A DNA stretch of 20,000 bases from IMG/VR virus record IMGVR_UViG_3300023210_002494; one strand, written 5' to 3'. Source of the DNA: an uncultured virus (IMG/VR IMGVR_UViG_3300023210_002494) (taxonomy: Duplodnaviria > Heunggongvirae > Uroviricota > Caudoviricetes). The position numbers and the translations under genes were made by a program. Below, piece after piece: positions 16,938-20,000 of the stretch; positions within the stretch are counted from its first letter, which is position 1; every line of letters starts with the position of its first letter. Under the pieces are notes generated by a model, which did no database searches, was not told the DNA's origin, and saw only the letters and a list, made by a program, of their open reading frames with translations.

Positions 16938-16974
16938 GAATCCTCGTATCGAAAGACACGGGGATTTTTCTTTT
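16936..16974 (+). terminator. Intrinsic terminator
   Basis: AATCCTCGTATC-GAAA-GACACGGGGATT hairpin followed by TTTCTTTT. Confidence 0.75.
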
Positions 16975-17002
16975 ATGAGAATTTTTTCTATATTTATAGT
17001 AT

Positions 17003-17572
17003 ATGAAGAAAATGTTAACAATATTATTGGTATTTTTTACCATTACCACTTATTCACAATGTGTCTCTAATGAAACTGTTGTAGTATCACCAGGAGGTAC
17101 ATACTCACCTGGTCAAGTTGTAACTGTATGGTACACACTAGGTACATTTACGGGAATAAATGTAAACTGGATTCACGCATTTCAAATAAACTTAGGTGTT
17201 GGATGGACAAACTTGACTCCACTATCCGCTCCTGCAAATCCAGGTGGCTCAACTGGTAATTGGCAATGGGACTTACAACATACTTATCCAGGTGGTTTAA
17301 ACTTTGGACCAGGTTGGAGATTTATAAACACAGACCCATTTGGAAATCCGGATTGGGGTACCTCGTCAACCGGACCGTTCATAATGTCATTTCAAGTAAC
17401 CGTAGGACCTACTTGTACACCAGATGATTTAAGTATTAGTATGGAGGTGTTTGATGATTGTACAACAGGAGGATGGAGTAATGGAAATTGTTGTACGGAC
17501 CCACCATTTCAAATATATAACGGAGTAGTATCACCAGACTTAATAAATACATCAAGTATTTATCATTATTAA
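17003..17572 (+). CDS. Secreted beta-rich protein with signal peptide
   Basis: Signal peptide MKKMLTILLVFFTITTYS-Q; C-terminus INTSSIYHY. TATTTATA at 16991-16998. Confidence 0.8.
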   Translation: MKKMLTILLVFFTITTYSQCVSNETVVVSPGGTYSPGQVVTVWYTLGTFTGINVNWIHAFQINLGVGWTNLTPLSAPANPGGSTGNWQWDLQHTYPGGLNFGPGWRFINTDPFGNPDWGTSSTGPFIMSFQVTVGPTCTPDDLSISMEVFDDCTTGGWSNGNCCTDPPFQIYNGVVSPDLINTSSIYHY

Positions 17573-17579
17573 TAATAAC

Positions 17580-17613
17580 TTTGTCCAGTTTATTCACGAG
17601 AAAACTGGACAAA
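17580..17613. other. 12-bp perfect intergenic inverted repeat
   Basis: TTTGTCCAGTTT (17580-17591) pairs with AAACTGGACAAA (17602-17613); no U-tract on the + strand. Confidence 0.7.
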
Positions 17614-17637
17614 ACATAAACAAAAAAAACAAAAACT

Positions 17638-18180
17638 ATGAAAAAATTACTTACAATTCTATTAGTTTGCTTCGGGTTAACAACTTACGGACAAACAACA
17701 ATCAACCCAGACACAGTATGTGCAAATGCAACAGGAGAGCAATATTTTGTAACTAACACACCAACATCAACATATAACTGGACGGTAACAGGTGGTGGTG
17801 GAGTTTTACAAACAGGACAAGGAACAGACTTAATTACAGTAGATTGGGGTGGAGTATCTGGACTATACCTCAACGCTATTGGTGTAGTAGAATCAAATGC
17901 AGCGGGATGTCCTGGATTACCAGTACTACTTGATATTTTTGTATTAGACCTATCAAGTAATGCTATAGGACCTTTTTGTCCTGGTGACCCATCTGCGACA
18001 TTAGTAGGTAATCCTGCTTGTGGAGTGTGGACTGGTACTGGTGTAGCAGGTAACAACTTTGACCCATCAACAGCTGGTGTAGGTAATTACGTACTAACCT
18101 ACTCAATGGCAGGGTGTAACACAACTATTAATGTTGTTGTAAATAACGGACCAGTAACAGGACCAATACAACACTTTTAA
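17638..18180 (+). CDS. Secreted PKD/Ig-like domain protein
   Basis: Signal peptide MKKLLTILLVCFGLTTYG-Q; YNWTVTGG..GQGT..ITVDW and G.WTGTGV...FDPS.AGVG motifs; C-terminus PVTGPIQHF. Confidence 0.8.
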   Translation: MKKLLTILLVCFGLTTYGQTTINPDTVCANATGEQYFVTNTPTSTYNWTVTGGGGVLQTGQGTDLITVDWGGVSGLYLNAIGVVESNAAGCPGLPVLLDIFVLDLSSNAIGPFCPGDPSATLVGNPACGVWTGTGVAGNNFDPSTAGVGNYVLTYSMAGCNTTINVVVNNGPVTGPIQHF

Positions 18181-18181
18181 T

Positions 18182-18715
18182 ATGAAGTGGTTAGTATACA
18201 TACTACTACTACCACTACAATTATTTGCACAAGAAACATACACTAATTGTGGTGAACTAATTCCACAAAATTACCAAGTAAGTTATGATGTGAATAAGGT
18301 ATATTATTGGGATATATCAGGTGGGGAAATATTGTATAATAATAATAATTCTATTACCGTACAATGGCCTAACTCTATAGGTACATACATTTTATCTGTA
18401 CATACAACCAGATTTGGTTGTGATGGTGACACCACCTATCACGAGGTAATAGTAGAAGATTGCCCATACCTACAAATCTTCGTACCTAATTCTTTCACAC
18501 CCAACGGAGACGACTACAATGAAACATTTTATGTGCATGGTAGAGATGGGGGTGAAATAAAATCTATGGTTATATATAATAGATGGGGTGATAAAGTATA
18601 TGAAACCACCGATAACACTCCTTGGGATGGTAGGGGATGTCAGATAGGGGTTTACGCTTACTCAATTAGAACTCACAACCAACACTACACAGGACAAGTT
18701 ACCTTGATAAGGTAG
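18182..18715 (+). CDS. Secreted protein with gliding-motility-associated (T9SS type B, CHU_C) C-terminal domain
   Basis: IFVPNSFTPNGDDYNETF, IYNRWG..VY, WDG, GVY.Y and GQVTLIR motifs; signal peptide ending LFA-Q. Confidence 0.88.
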   Translation: MKWLVYILLLPLQLFAQETYTNCGELIPQNYQVSYDVNKVYYWDISGGEILYNNNNSITVQWPNSIGTYILSVHTTRFGCDGDTTYHEVIVEDCPYLQIFVPNSFTPNGDDYNETFYVHGRDGGEIKSMVIYNRWGDKVYETTDNTPWDGRGCQIGVYAYSIRTHNQHYTGQVTLIR

Positions 18716-18826
18716 GTTGAATGTGTAAGACTTAGAAAACCAAAAATACTTTAAGACTAGACAACCAAGTTTATTTTTACTACTTATTATGTGGAATAAT
18801 AACTAAATTAAAAAAAAAGAAGAATA

Positions 18827-19678
18827 ATGAAAAGAATTTTACTAGCAGTACTAGTCTTAATAGGACTACAAACACAAGCACAAACATTATGTGACTCAAA
18901 CATGACTTACACAATAGGTTCACAAATGCAATTAGAAATAGCAATACCAGTAACTGGAAATAGTTTGCCTACTATGGCACCTTTGTATGCTGTAACTTAT
19001 GGTGGTCAAACAATGTTGGGTCAAGACAGTTGTTTTAGTGGTCCTTGTACACACATGGTATACAACTATAACCCAAATGGAACGTATTATGATACAATTA
19101 CAACTTGTATATCTTATACAGTTACAGATACAATGGGCTATGTTGACACTTTAATGTGTTGTTTTGACCAATATTGGGATGGTCAGTTTTGGCAAAAGGT
19201 ATTGATGCAACAACCAAACTTTAGTTGTGACTCACTATCATACTCAATAATAATAGACAGTACAACCTGGAATACATTAACAGTAACAGGAAATGCAACT
19301 GGTGTAATCAATATGATAGATTCTATGGATTGGAATTTTACAGCATGTAATGCATTAACTTGTTATATAGCACAAGGAAATAATCCTTATTCGTTTCCAC
19401 TTATATCCCCACAAGATACAGTTAAATTATGTTATGATGCTTTTGTATATTCTATGGGTAATGTATATATTTGTACTGAGTGTGATTCACTAGTATATGA
19501 TTTCACTACTGACACATGGGTATTAATGAGTATGAGTAATCCAACCGGGATAGAAGAACTAATGAAAAATGAGGGAGTTAATAACGTGACATATGATTTA
19601 ATGGGTAGAAAAGTTACCAACCTAACTAAAGGGGTGATGTACATTAGAAACCAAAAGAAGTTTATTATCTTAAAATAA
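18827..19678 (+). CDS. Secreted Cys-rich protein with T9SS type A-like C-terminal domain
   Basis: Signal peptide ending QTQA-Q; C-terminus TGIEEL...YDLMGRKV....KGVMYIRNQKKFII. Confidence 0.8.
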   Translation: MKRILLAVLVLIGLQTQAQTLCDSNMTYTIGSQMQLEIAIPVTGNSLPTMAPLYAVTYGGQTMLGQDSCFSGPCTHMVYNYNPNGTYYDTITTCISYTVTDTMGYVDTLMCCFDQYWDGQFWQKVLMQQPNFSCDSLSYSIIIDSTTWNTLTVTGNATGVINMIDSMDWNFTACNALTCYIAQGNNPYSFPLISPQDTVKLCYDAFVYSMGNVYICTECDSLVYDFTTDTWVLMSMSNPTGIEELMKNEGVNNVTYDLMGRKVTNLTKGVMYIRNQKKFIILK

Positions 19679-19701
19679 CCAACTAAAAATAAAATATAAT
19701 T

Positions 19702-19734
19702 AAACCGAAAACTAAAAACTTTCGGTTTTTTTTT
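19702..19734 (+). terminator. Intrinsic terminator
   Basis: AAACCGAAA (19702-19710) pairs with TTTCGGTTT (19720-19728), followed by a T-run. Confidence 0.65.
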
Positions 19735-19735
19735 G

Positions 19736-19743
19736 TATATTTG
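19736..19743 (+). promoter_or_regulatory. Bacteroidota-type -7 element
   Basis: TATATTTG, 4 nt before ATG 19748. Confidence 0.55.
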
Positions 19744-19747
19744 TAAT

Positions 19748-20000
19748 ATGAATTTAGGATATGCTTGTATTAATATGACTTTGTCGGAACAAAAACCAAA
19801 AGTCACAACCAATAGGTCAATGATTAAGAAAACATTTTTGGCCAAAGGACCAGAGTATGCTGGTGAACTAGCCTTATTAAATTGTAGAGACTTATTTGAA
19901 ATTTTAAAATGGAACTTAAAAAACGACATCATGTTCTTTAGGTTGTCGTCAGATATCTTTCCATGGGCTTCAGAATATAATATAGAAGACCTACCTCAGT
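19748..20000 (+). CDS. uvsE: UV-damage endonuclease UvsE/UvdE (3'-partial)
   Basis: Own translation MNLGYACINMTL...TNRSMIKKTF...LALLNCRDL.EILKWN....I.FFRLSSDIFPWASEY. Confidence 0.9.
   Translation, partial: MNLGYACINMTLSEQKPKVTTNRSMIKKTFLAKGPEYAGELALLNCRDLFEILKWNLKNDIMFFRLSSDIFPWASEYNIEDLPQ

Noticed and set aside
16721..16974. CRISPR array, or a riboswitch for the downstream gene
   Set aside because: There are no identical direct repeats with spacers and no riboswitch consensus I recognise. The downstream gene has its own promoter motif after the terminator.
987..19932. Antisense and alternate-frame ORFs in the track (e.g. 987-1235, 1855-2067, 4283-4600, 4742-5140, 7431-7625, 10859-11044, 11310-11615, 15396-15587, 16057-16392, 17685-18056, 19432-19932)
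   Set aside because: They lie within or opposite well-supported genes and have no recognisable motifs, so they are treated as shadow ORFs.
1..20000. Stop-codon reassignment, as in some large phages
   Set aside because: Conserved genes are full length under code 11, and TAG and TGA end ORFs at sensible positions.

Overview
This is an AT-rich, gene-dense window, almost entirely on the + strand. It reads as the accessory and metabolic region of a large (probably jumbo) tailed phage infecting Bacteroidota, likely Flavobacteriia. Support for that call: TAnnTTTG host-type promoters, A-rich starts mostly without Shine-Dalgarno sequences, T9SS C-terminal domains, a repeated TATTTATA putative late promoter and many short orphan ORFs; no structural hallmark gene is in the window. 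Recognisable products are a DnaJ C-terminus, a DUF4338/DruA-like protein, DUF3310, cyclophilin, cysteine synthase, GH24 lysozyme, a DHH phosphoesterase, DUF192, type II glutamine synthetase, DUF2061, a PolB-like 3'-5' exonuclease, an LRR protein, a DUF2828 TROVE-like/vWA protein, four secreted proteins and a UvsE N-terminus. The most interesting signals are: (1) a candidate Ro60/Y-RNA-like system, in which DUF2828 is followed by two structured non-coding units sharing a covarying 6-bp stem and a TnCnGCAA motif; (2) a tRNA-Gly-like RNA with intact stems and shortened loops; (3) a hairpin enclosing the late promoter of the lysozyme gene, as in T4 gene e; (4) late genes with [ILV]-x-E leader peptides suggesting capsid-packaged enzymes; (5) a phage cluster of T9SS cargo proteins. 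All family calls come from recognising motifs by eye, not from database searches.
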